Of a stretch of DNA of 64,000 nt, positions 21,674-33,400 are shown piece after piece. Below the pieces are notes generated by a model that saw only the letters and a list, made by a program, of their open reading frames with translations, did not search any database and had not been told where the DNA came from. The DNA is taken from assembly GCA_000708835.1 (NCBI GenBank), contig DF237017.1, positions 78,987 through 142,986 on the forward strand. The letters run 5' to 3'. Position numbers and translations under genes: made by a program. Position 1 is the first letter of the stretch. Each line of letters begins with the position of its first letter. This stretch comes from Klebsormidium nitens. Lineage: Eukaryota; Plantae; Klebsormidiophyceae.

Positions 21674-24482
21674 TCAATCGAACCGCACGGGACCTTGACA
21701 CGTGAACCCGCCGTCAATAGTTACCACACTTCCGGTGGTGAAGCCGGACGCGTTTCTGCTGGCGAGCATCAAAAGTGGGCCCAATAAATCTGCCCCTACG
21801 TCTCCAAACTTCTGCAGGGGGGTCGCCGCCCTAATGCTTTCGCCGGCAGGTGTCGTCAGCATTTTCCGGCTCATATCCGTGAGGAACCACCCAGGGTTTA
21901 TGCAGTTAACCCGGATGTTGTGAGGCGCCAGTTCGACTGCCAGCGCTTTCGTACATTGAACAACAGCAGCCTGCAATAAAAGCAAACTTCTCAATGACGC
22001 GATTCTTAAATTTTTGGCACCCATCCATTATTTCTGTTATGGAAGGCAAACGAAGACGCTTGCAATCGATGAACAAAAACGAAAGACCAAGACATCCTTG
22101 GGCTTCGTTCCGTGATTCGGGGGACGTGTCAGAGAATTCTGCCGTAAGTGATCGTTTCCAACCAAATTTGAAGTCCCTTCTGTCTTGCAGGGACTCTAGG
22201 AGGGAACCGATTTTTGAAACGTAATCATCTTTTCTAGATGGCGTCTTGCCCCAAAGAATTGAAGAGCAGTATCGGTCAGACGCACATGGGGAAGTTCTGA
22301 AACATTTGGGAAGAACGGGCAAAGGAAGTACTTCATACGCCGAAGGCTTTGTACGAATGTCTGACCTCAAATTCCGTTGGCCAATCGACGGCTCTACTTC
22401 ACAGGGGTCATCAGACAAAGAAGCACGCCGTCACTCACCGTCCTCGCTTCACTCCAATCAACACGGAACTCACTCAAGCTGATCTTGCTAAGGTTTGGGG
22501 TGACGCATTTCTTTTTTTGTATCTCACGCACAGATTTAAGTTTGTGGTAGTTCGACCCACCTTCGACGAGCAGTAGTTGGCGTGACCCGAGAATTGTGGG
22601 GCGAGCATCGTGCCTCCGCTTATGGACGCGATGTTGATGAAATTGCCTGGCAGGTTTGCCGGAATCAGCTGCAACAGACGTTCTGTGAGGATGAGCTGAC
22701 GAACCGTATAAGGTCGTTCATAGGGGTGTCTAACGACCTTGAATAGGGCGTCTGAACCACGTGGTTGCGCGGCAATCCTACAATTGTACGTTCTTAATCA
22801 CACCTTGCCCAAGCTTTGATCACGTGGTATCCCTTTGAGCGATTTGAAATACTGGCCGACTGGTCGCGACAGCACTATTAATCACACGACGGCCTCTTGA
22901 AGGCCGTGTGAACTTGTATGTAATGTTTACTCTGTGAGCTGCGCAGTCCTTCGCTATCTCTGACTCTTGGAATGTTGCTGGGTTTGCCGTTCGGAATGCT
23001 CACATCCAAATTTCTCCAGTGCCAACAAACAAGACATGCCTGCAGAACGAGACTCCAAAGCACAAAGGTAATGAATGTTTGAATGGGGCTCTGAAAGGAA
23101 GATTAGCGGAGCCTTGAACCAGTCGTCTGCCTTGATTTCCGTTCATCGCCCGTCCAAGTTCGTTTCAGAAAGCTCTTTGGAAATTTCGAAGAAAGGTCAA
23201 GACCATTCTGGGGGAAACAGCCAACTCTCACTGGTCGTACCTGAAACTAACACAAGCTCTATTCACCTCCAAACTTGATCAGATCAACTGGCAAAACATT
23301 CATTGCTGTCCTTCATTTTGCCTCCTCACCTTGCGAGCCACCAGCTTTGACAGCGTCATCAGCCCCCGCACGTTGACGCTCATGACGTGGTCAAAGTCCG
23401 CTTGGTCAAACTCCAGGTTTGGGAGGCTTTTTCCATCCACCCCCGCATTGTTTACGAGAATGTCGATGCAGCCAAAAGCCTGCCAGGCCTGATCGACTGC
23501 TGGCTCTATCTCTGACTCTGATTTGGAGAGGTCTAACAGGACGGCTTTAGCTTGACCAGGCTTGGGTTGTGTGTCAGATTGAGAGGAGCTGGAAAGGTTG
23601 TTGAGCTCTTCTACAAGTGCCTCCAGTGGTTCTGATCGACGGGCTGCAGATGGAGGGAAAACGTTCAATACCAGCGGAAGATCGAGAACTCTTTGTTCGT
23701 GGGCCTTGGCAAAAAGACAAGCTTGAAAGACTTCTGGGAAGTGAATACTGTCTGACGCTTGCAAGTTGGACCACACACTCGCTTCGACTAACATGAGAGG
23801 CAACAAGCATCTCAGTGCACAACCAGCTTTACAAATAGAAGCTCGAGCATAATCCTGAAAAGAAAGGTGTGGACAAGCAATGCATCACTTGGGGGCAAAA
23901 CCTCGGTTCCCCATGGAGGAAAAGATGCTGAGAAGCTGACTCAATTGGAGCAGATGCAAGCTTTCAGCAGAACCACTTCAGGAATAGAAGCTGGATAGAA
24001 CTGCCCCGATGTACATTGCAATCCGTAGCCAGCAATTTGACAACCTCCAATGTCAAGCTACTGACTGCTAGCCCCTGTGTGAGATTGGTACTTTACAGAC
24101 CTAGCAACCACCCCCAACAAGAGGCACATGGGCTTCAGTCGCAGCATTGCTTTTAGGGCAAGTTCTTCCGTCTCCTGGCTGCAATGAATGATCCCTGAAT
24201 TTGACAGTGACATATGCATGCACCTATGAACTGGCTACCTCTGGTGGTGGTGCACAATTTCCATAAGATCATCTTAACCTAACCCTGACATCTTGATGGT
24301 TGCCTGGATCAGAAGTAGTCCCACCCACGTCTGATAGTCTTTTGAAACTCACCGGCCACAACAACATTGGCGCCGCACTTGGCCAGTTGGTGCGCGAATG
24401 CTGCACCAAATCCTGATGGTGAGCTGCAACCGGTGATGAGAGCAGTCCTCCCAGATACGTCAAATAGCTGGTGGAGGTCCAT
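21674..24482 (-). CDS. Classical short-chain dehydrogenase/reductase (FabG-like plant SDR)
   Basis: Four exons: MDLHQLFDVSGRTALITGCSSPSGFG (Gly-rich cofactor site); 23643- with DILVNNAG; NFINIASISG...NYCSSK (YxxxK); and AAVVQCTKALAVELAPHNIRVNCINPG...GSVVTIDGG, stop at 21674. Confidence 0.92.
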
Positions 24483-24568
24483 TTCAGTTGCTACCACGTC
24501 ATCCAGCTTCCTATCCGTTTGGCAACTTGCATGGGGCTTGATCCCCTCGTCCCTCCATGTTGTTCGAG

Positions 24569-24623
24569 TTTTAGGGTTTGCGCCAGCTAGGCCAAATGTA
24601 GTGCATGCGCAGAAACCCTAAAA
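24569..24623. promoter_or_regulatory. Inverted pair of telo-box (AAACCCTAA) motifs upstream of the SDR start
   Basis: TTTTAGGGTTTGCGC at 24569-24583 and GCGCAGAAACCCTAAAA at 24607-24623, about 90-140 bp upstream of the ATG at 24482. Confidence 0.5.
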
Positions 24624-25397
24624 GCTGGGTTAAAACTTCTCGGCCCGCGGGCGGCAGGCTTGCATGGGCTACCAAGTTATGGATGGGGCCGTCCGTCGGT
24701 TTAGAAGAGGCTTACCGTTTGGGGGAGGTTTAGGTCTTGTGAAGGGTCCAACCATGACATGCTTCAAGTGCCCTGGGCGCTGTGATCTCGCAAGCACTGC
24801 GGGCCAATCGTTGTACACGTACATATACTTCAGCGTGCAGACATGCAGAGCCTAGGAGTCGTGCGTTTCTCATTACAGGGGCCAGTATATGTTATAGGAG
24901 GCCAAGGTTTCTGCCTATGTCAAGTTGAAAGTACTACATCTCGATTGAGACTTGAAGATTGATTTATCAGAGCATGTTTTGTAAAGACAATGATGATTGC
25001 GTCCGTGTATGTAAGGCCTCATGAGCCTCTCCAAGATGCGTTTGGTCTCGGGCCGTTTAGATGATTAAGCGTCTCGTCCTAGAGCAAGTGTCCGGAGATC
25101 CTATGAAGCGCCATGTGGATGAGTAGATGCGCCGTTGCCAGGTCGGACACAAGCACTTTTCTACTAGTGGAACCGAGACGGTTGTTCGGAACAGAATAAT
25201 CTGCTAATAGACATACACCGCACTTCGCAGCAACTCGTGTTGCACGTTACTAACATGCTTTGCTCTAACAGAAAAGCTCTCGTTTTCAAAACGAAAAGCT
25301 TTGTTCAATGTAAAATCTTTGGACTCCAATTCGACGTCCTACTCGTAGTCACCTGCGACTGCAGAATAGGTTCTGACGTGCAATATCTCAGAATCCC

Positions 25398-28300
25398 CTA
25401 GAACCAAGACCTACGGTCGTACGGTTCGTTTGGCCACGGCTGGTTCGCTTGGGGGACCTTTTGGCTTGGGCACCGCATGAATGCATACCGTATGAAGAGG
25501 TGGTTGCCCGCATCCCATCGAGCCGGGAAATCCTTGACCCCGTGTCGCGCTGGTCTGGGCCACCGATAGGGCTCTCCGTGGTTTTCCGGGTCGATAACGT
25601 CCTCGTAATACTCACCCATGCCACAGTCGTCAAGATGCGGACATGACGTGATCGCTAGCAATGATTGGGAGGGTTCGGTCCAAAAAAGTGCTGACACGTG
25701 GTTGTTGCCGGTGCTCAGCTCGTAGAGGCTGCGCAGCATGCGCAGGTCCCATGCGAGGACCGACTCGTTCCGTCCCCCAGTGAAGCAAAACGGGTAGCCG
25801 CCCTCCGCTGCAACTAGAGCGACGCCCCATAGGCTCTCGTCACTTCGGTCCTGCTTAGGAAAAACATCAGAGTGCGTTTCCGGATCCGGAGTGGTTCGAA
25901 AACCGTCTTCCAGGTATACACCTTGTAGATGCGTGCAACGAGCACTCTAATCTGCTGACTTCTGCTTCGTGAAAGCGTCGTACAAGCATCGAAGGTCCTG
26001 AAGAACTTCCGTGAAAAGACATCCAGTCCTTTCGGATTCAGACCTCGCATGCTATCGAACTCTATGGGCGAAAATAGGAAGGCGTCCCGGCAGGCCCTAT
26101 CGGAAAGCTTGATTACAATCTCGGCACTTACGCACTGAGATGATCTTCCAAAGACTGCCGAAAGCGCATAAGGACAGCATGAAGATCATCATTCTCCTTC
26201 TTTTAAAAGTACTCTGCCTCAAGCCGGAAAATCTGGATAATCGGGTCTGATTCCTAGCAACCGATGTAAAGGCTCACTATATCTGCAGAACTAGGACCGT
26301 TGCCGATCGCCTGCGGCAAGAACAGGAAAAAGAAACCCAAAAAAGGGATAAAAGGGCGAGACCCCTATTTCGGACGCCTCACCTTGAGCGTACAGACGGC
26401 CCCGCCTGTCCGCACGTCCCAGACCCGCGCGCTCGCATCCCAGCTCGCGCTCGCAACTAGGTTCGGGAGCCCCGCCGCCGCGCTGATCTGCACAACCTGC
26501 TTCTTATGCCCGGTAAACGTCGTCGAGATCTTTCCTCGCTCTAGATCGAAGACATGGAGCGTCGTGCCCCGGTTTCTGGTGGCAGCGAGAGATGGGGAAG
26601 CGGCGACGCTGGTCGGGAGAGCGAGGAGTGACTTGAACGTAACTGGGATGTCGAAAGAGCCGTGGGCGGGTTGGCCGCGGGTGACTTCGACGTCGTATAT
26701 ATCGCCTTCGTCCTGTAGAGGAATACTCAAGTTTTTGAGCGAGGTTCTAGCTAGTGTACGCTATGAAAAGGTCCGTTCACTGAGCTTTATCCGCGCTATT
26801 CAGGGCGAATGAAGGAGACCGGGTTGCGAATGTTAGAGTAAGCTGTAGAGAATTTGACGTGCGGAACAAGTAAAGAAGCGGAAGACGATGTGGTAAGTTT
26901 TGCGAGCAGGTAAACAAATTTGTATCCTAACCCTCCCTCTTTGGACCAACATTTGCAAAACCGTAACGTTCGAAAAAGCGACGAAGCTGAGGTAAACAGT
27001 ATCCTAGACCATGTCACGATCAGTCAGCAAGTCGCTGTCTGACTTGGGATCCGACTGAAAGTCTTGCCCATGGAAATTGACTCGATTGTGGAAAAACATT
27101 CGATCTGACATTCTCCACCTGATTCAATGATGAAAGCCAACTTGCAAGAGCATGAGGATAGCGAGGTTCGCGCTTGTCTAATCTAGGGGTTAGCTGACGG
27201 TCCGGAGTGTGATTCAGTGGTATAAAATGGTCAGTCAATTGAAAGTGCTAGATTGGAAAGAGAGTGCAGAAGAGTTGGCCCTAGTCAAGACATACTAAGC
27301 AGACTGTTAAGAACACTCACCAACATCGAGGAGCTGAGCCGATTCTCGTACTTCTCCTCGAACTCTTCTCGCTCCTCTTCGGTCATGCTACTATCATAGT
27401 CCTGCACTTCACATCAAAGAAAAGATATGACTCTGATATTGTGCCTGATAACGCTGCGGGATGCAAGAAACATTCACAAGGTTTCTATAGCGGAGTGATT
27501 TGAGGACGCTCAAATTGTGCAGAAGCAAGCTGTCGAGAAAACCATGCTGAGCCCGCTCCTCGGTTCAGAAAAGCCGACGAGAGAAGCACTCAGGGCTCGA
27601 GCTACGCCTTACACATTGGCGTTAATAAGGCAACTTCGAAACGCGTCAAAAAAGCTTTATCCGCTGCAATTTGGTGTTTGCTGTCAGATAAAGCGTTCAC
27701 GAACGAGGCTGGCAAGCAAAATTGCAGAAGTGTCGGCATACTGCACATGTGCGTCCGCGCTCTAAGCTCCTTGGTTCTTGATTTCTTTGGCTTGTCACTC
27801 GACTTTGTTTCAGACACTGCTTCGGAGATGCAACAGATGCACAGCCTACTGCAAAAGACATCCTTTCCCGATGATACCCAAACTTCGACCCATTCCTTCT
27901 CCAGGAGACGTGCAACTTCAACATCGAAAAAGCCCCCAGTATCTGAAAACGAATTCCGTTTGTCATACATAGTAATCTTACCGTCAGTTCGCCAGACGAA
28001 ACGTCCTCTTTGTGCTCCTTGATCTCGCCCAGCTTCCAGTACTTGATCGTATTTCCCACAGAGGCGTACAGCCTATCTTCATTGATTGCAAGCCCCAGCA
28101 CCTCGCCTCCGGCCTGCAGACACACCGCAAGTATTCACTTGACACGGAAAGTGCGAGCATGCGGAGCAGGCTTCTGCCAGAAGAAGGCTCTTTAGGCAGG
28201 GTCAAGGCAGAAAAGCGAACCGCTCACTATACAAACAATGGGAAGTCGAAACGAACAGACCTTAGGAAGCACCAGACAACGGTTTAATCCAGATACTCCA

Positions 28301-29873
28301 TCAAACTGAGAAACCTAGAACCACAGCAATTGCAAAATTCATCAAAAATTAGTTGAACGTATAAGCTCAAGGGGACGTGATCAGGCTAGACTGGATGCGC
28401 CAGAGGAAAAGCAGAGGAGTTGTTCCCCGAGAATTGTCAAAGACACATAGCTTACCATACCTGGAGCGTGCGCTTGCAAGGCAGTTCCGGATCATTAAAA
28501 GGGAAGGCCTTGATACGAGAATCGCCACAGGCCCAAACGAGACCGTGCTCATCATCCACACAAGTTGCGGAACCTGGAGAGACACAGCAAGCATTTCGAA
28601 CTCAGCCGTAATGAAATCTGGACAGCGTGAACACCTTCGAGGTTGCCATCACCAGCTGCTTGTCGGGACAATACTGCGAACACGGCTTGGAGAGAGTAGA
28701 ATTCGAAGTGCTGCACCGCCTGATAAGAAATCATGCAAAATGTCTCCAAGAGCTGAGATGGATTCAGCCTCCACTTCACCAAGAAGAGACGTCTTCCTTG
28801 CTACTTCGAATGATTGACTTGCCTGGCTCCCAGAACCCGGGGTTTCTGAAAGAATCAATGAACAACTTGTCCCCAGCCCCTGGCCCATAGGTTTCTCCTT
28901 CTTCTTCTTCCTTTTCTAACTTGGCACTTCCATGTTGCACTCGTTCCTCTTCTTCATCTCCCTCTGCGGCTTCATCTTGCTCAGTCCGGCGCCTGCATAT
29001 CATCAGATGAGGGGCCCAGCGTTTGTATCCTGATGCGCCCTGCAACAGAAACTTTTCATCGTGAAAAAGTTTCTGGTTCATCTTTCCAAGCTTCGGTCTC
29101 TGAGCATCAGGACAAAGAATTCTGAGAGTACATAGTCCTAGAAGTTATTCTAATCAGCAATGAAGAATTTCAGCGCGTTACATGGCTGGTCAGGTTGCTC
29201 TGGAGTCTGCAATGAAGATGCAAACAATCTCTACGTGAGACTTCACCGATATCAGAGGACAGAACTCGCCAATGGAAGATGTAAAGCCCGTGCTTTAAGC
29301 GGGGCTACCTTTGAATTTAGCCAAGCAGTACATGAAGCTCACCGTCATAGCCACCACCTCCCCATTCTCGTTCGCTGAGGACCCATAGATGAACGGGTGG
29401 CATTCCTGAGTGATGACCTCACAGCGCCCTTGATGGATGTTCTCTCTTGCCTCGGAAATCTCAGTCGACCGCTCATACTTGGCATCAAAGCGCGCAAGGC
29501 GGCTGCTCTGATCCGATGGTGCAGGCCCTGACTCAGATCCAAACATCGATTTGTAGAGCGCTTGCTTCTCTGCAAGTAAGGCTGGGGGCAGCAGCCCTGG
29601 CAAGAAGACAGTCATTTCATGAGCGATGGCGCCACCAGGCAATTTAGATCCCAGACTAGTTTGCACGACCACTCCACAGTCCTGCTGACCAGAAGTGGTG
29701 GCAACTGGAGGTGGTGTTCGCTGCTGCTCAGAAGAAAGAGGCTCAGACGTCTCGTTTCCTATACTTCCAGGAACCTGTCGTAGCTGGCGCTTCATGTTCG
29801 CTGGACCTTCCATAGGCCGTAATGTTCGTTTCTTACTGCTTTGACCCGTAATGTGTGGATTGGCCTCTGCCAT
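25398..29873 (-). CDS. WD40-like beta-propeller protein with acidic insertions, multi-exon
   Basis: Exons encode GRCEVITQECHP...VAMT / GASGYKRWAPHLMI / DDEHGLVWACGDSRIKAF / LYASVGNTIKYWKL / FTGHKKQV...VASASWDASARVWDVRTG (a canonical GH...WD repeat) / FTGGRNESVLAWDLRMLRSLYELSTGNN...WPRPARH...WDAGNHLFIRYAF. One internal junction (~28780-28600) was not resolved. Confidence 0.8.
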
Positions 29874-30462
29874 TTCTCTTCACATTATGGTCCCACATCA
29901 GCATTTTTTGAGATTCAGATTAGAAATGGAACGGGGCACCTTTCGTGATTATGGAAGGGTAGCAGCAAGGAGGAGCATAAAATTGTCCCCAGTAAAGTGT
30001 CCGCCTCCTTTGTGACGTGTCCGCCTCCTTGAAGACTGGATTCTGTTGACAAAGAAAGTCAACAAGCTTCTTCACAATGATCAGCCGCCATCTTGGCAAA
30101 CTCCAGACGACTCCCTACCTAGCTCCTGGACCTTGAGCATTCTGAGCATTTCTAGGATTCTCCTCGTACCATTTCCCCGGCTATATAAGTGATTGGGTGT
30201 TGAGCTAGTATAGTACGGCAGGTGAAATGTTTTGCGCTTGATTCATGACTTCGAAGTAATGTGAATGAATTGATGGGACTGCAGGATCCCGCCTGCTTAT
30301 ACCCAAGCTACTGGTCATTTTCACCGTTAACCGGCCACAGCCGCCCAGCTTCTTGCTCTGTAGGCAGCCCATAGGCGCATTCTCGCAGGCTGCCTTCACA
30401 AATCAGACAAGGTTGTGCATTGAAATTGCAAAGCTGAAGGCGCTCGGGTGAAGTGGTTCAAA

Positions 30463-33400
30463 ATGGCTGACTCCGTTTATGGGAATGGGTCTCTGAGCTC
30501 CGGGCATCAGCCGCACCATGCCTGGCAGCAGGTGACGGACAAGAAGGCAAAGCGGAGGCAGGAGGCTAAGGAGAAGAAGAGTGCGTCTAGCACGGCGAAT
30601 GGATCGAGCACGGCAGTCGACTCAAACCAGGGGGTTTTTGCAGCTCTTGATGCGCTTGAGGGCCGGCAAGCTGCAACTAGGTATGAGGACGATGAAGAGG
30701 ACAGGGCTAGGCACACAGATGACAGCGACGAGGAGGAGCTGAGGAAACCTGCCAATGGAATCAGCGCAGAGGAGAAGAAGCCAAAGCAGAAGAAGGATAA
30801 GAAGCCGCGCGTGACGGTTGCTGAGGCTGCCTCCAAGATCGATCCTGATGATCTGCTCCAATTCCTGGAGGGTGTATCGGCAAGTGCCTAATGTGCTCAT
30901 CTCAATCAGGTCATGCATTCTTTTTGGTGATCATAGTGGTGTGGGTCGAGTTTGCTTTGCAATGGGAGTTGGTATGAGAGAGGGAGCGAGGATTGCCACC
31001 ACAATTTGCTTTGCTGTAGAAGCTCAATTGTGCACATTCCCACCTGGCAACTTTTCTTTGTGTTGATTTACAATTGACTTGATGCAAAAAAGGTGAAAAT
31101 TAAGCTTTTGAAAACAGTACAATATGTAAATGGCCAGTTTTTAATTTGGACATACGACAGGTTCAGAATTCTCTAAGCACATGTAATGAGTGTCAAAGTG
31201 TTTGATGGGAATACTTCAAATGCACCTGAGGAGAATATCATCTCAATCGGTTTCTCTTGCTGCAGGACTCTTTTGCCAGCAACTTGGAGATTCAGCTGAT
31301 GCGCTGCGCAGACTACTTTGCGCGTGCCTTCTCCTCAGTCACGACAGCATCCTTCCAGTGGCACAATATTTTGAAGGAAAACTCGCTCGTGAAGGCTTCA
31401 GAGGTAAGAATTCATGATTCCTGACCCGTTAGGCTGGTGGTGCACTGCCCCTATGTGCGTCATCTTCTATCTGTTTGGCCATCAAGGCTGTGGGACCGCC
31501 ATTCCTATCAGCTTCTTCCAGATGTTTCAATAGGCTCTGGCAAAGCACATAGTGTGGCCAGCTTAATTCAGTTCAGGAGCTGCTGCCAAGCAGCTTGTGA
31601 GCTTATATTTGTTCCTGCTTATGTACCTCCACGGGTGAGGGTGTTTGGTGTCACTTGACTTCCACATTTTCGCTCAACTTTTGCAATTCATGGCTGCAGA
31701 TCCCCCTGTCCTATGTGCCGGAGCCAGTTGTGAAGGTCACTGGAGATTGGCTGGCAAAGCGCCCGGTGTCTGCTCTGTCCAAGTTTGCTGTTCTGCTTCT
31801 GAAGATTGTGTTGGAAGAGGATGGTGCGTCAAGCAAGGGTGGGAAGCAGGCTGCGGTGGCCGCAACTGGCAAAACACAGGTAAGCCTGGATTCATCACAT
31901 GCTAGATCAGGTCCTTTCAAGTTTCAGACAGTTCACTTTGTCACGGCTGAAGTTTGATTGAGAGTCCACTTGTCGGCTTGGACCAAGCTTCTGTAGCTTT
32001 CGTATGCTCCATGCTTCTGGAGAAGGCTCGTCATGGGTTAAAAGATAGCACTTTATGCTGTCATCCTGATTGTGTCCACCTGGAGAAGCTGCATTCTATG
32101 ACCTCAATACCTCAAGCATATTTTTTCAAGTATCTTCAAAGAAGAAAGTTCCCCTTCATACTTACTTCGCTGCCCTCTTATGACAGGTCGGCATTCTGAT
32201 CGTCCTGGCAATTCTCTTGAGAAGAAGACCGGAGTCATTGCACCAGAACTTCGACACTCTGAACGTCGGCCAGCTGACAAAAGTGCCGGAGCAATTTGCC
32301 ACCCTGCAGTGGACTCTGGCACAGGTAAGCTCCTGGCAGCGTTCTTATGTTTGACGAAAAGGCCTGCGCAGCGAAAGTTCGGAGGAGCAAGTCAATCACT
32401 TACAGTCTGAACTGTATGTTAATTTTTGTCAGTCAGTTGTATTGCGGCAGTGGTCAGTCGCGGCAAACAATCTACCAAATTGCCTTGTGCTTAGTGCAAT
32501 CTCCTACGTAGAACAAAATGATGTTGCGGATTTGACCGGAATCATCTTGGCAGGCTACTCGCAGAACTCTTCCAAACGCTCCGAGAGGAGGACGCGTCAT
32601 GGATTCTCTTAGTTTCGCGTATACTTCAAATTTTCCGACGCGGCTTACTGAGAAGGTGGCCGCTCTAAAGTGCGCATCACCTGCTATTTTGGTGTCTGTG
32701 AGGCTTTCGGCTGAGCACACTGAGCTTCTTCTTCACAGATTGCGCACGGCGACCTTGCTGCAGCCCTATGGCTCTGGGCGCGGCATCTGCTGCCGCTCGC
32801 AGTCGCCAAGAACGCGTCTCCGGCCACGAGGGACACCGTCTTGCAATTCGTCGAGAAGTGAGTACCAGTCTTCCGTATTCGAATAATGGGATCCATGCGC
32901 GTGCCGTGTTAATATATGCTGATACATTTGATTGCTTCGCCTTGGTACCCAATCAACAAGGGCCGGTTATCTGACCGATACTGCACAACCGTTCCTTCAG
33001 ACCCGGCACTTCAGAAGACTCGCTCTGTGCACCTCTTGGATACTAGAAACTCAGGCTTGCGCCCCTTTTAAAAATGGATATCAAATGGTTTTGCAGTGTC
33101 ATTCTGGCCAACCCCAAGAAGGGCAAGTCCGTGCTGATGAACGCTGCGGGCAGGAAGGGGCAGGACCGCCTGGTGCCGCCTGCCGCTTTGGACCAGGTCA
33201 CACGGGCCGCGTTCCCCGTCGAAGCAGCTCGAACGAAGGTGAGCCCCGGTTCTCGAAACGCTTCGCATCAGTGAGAAGCGAGCCTTGTCGCTCCAGAAGA
33301 ACCATAACGACGTCGGGAAGTTTTTTTGGCATAAGGATTGAGAATTGCCAGGGTCGTGCTTCTCGAATCATGGTATGAACATGGTGATATGTGCATCTTA

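Noticed and set aside
24988-25090. ATGATGA box-C-like motif as a C/D snoRNA
   Set aside because: There is no suitably placed CTGA box D and no terminal stem.
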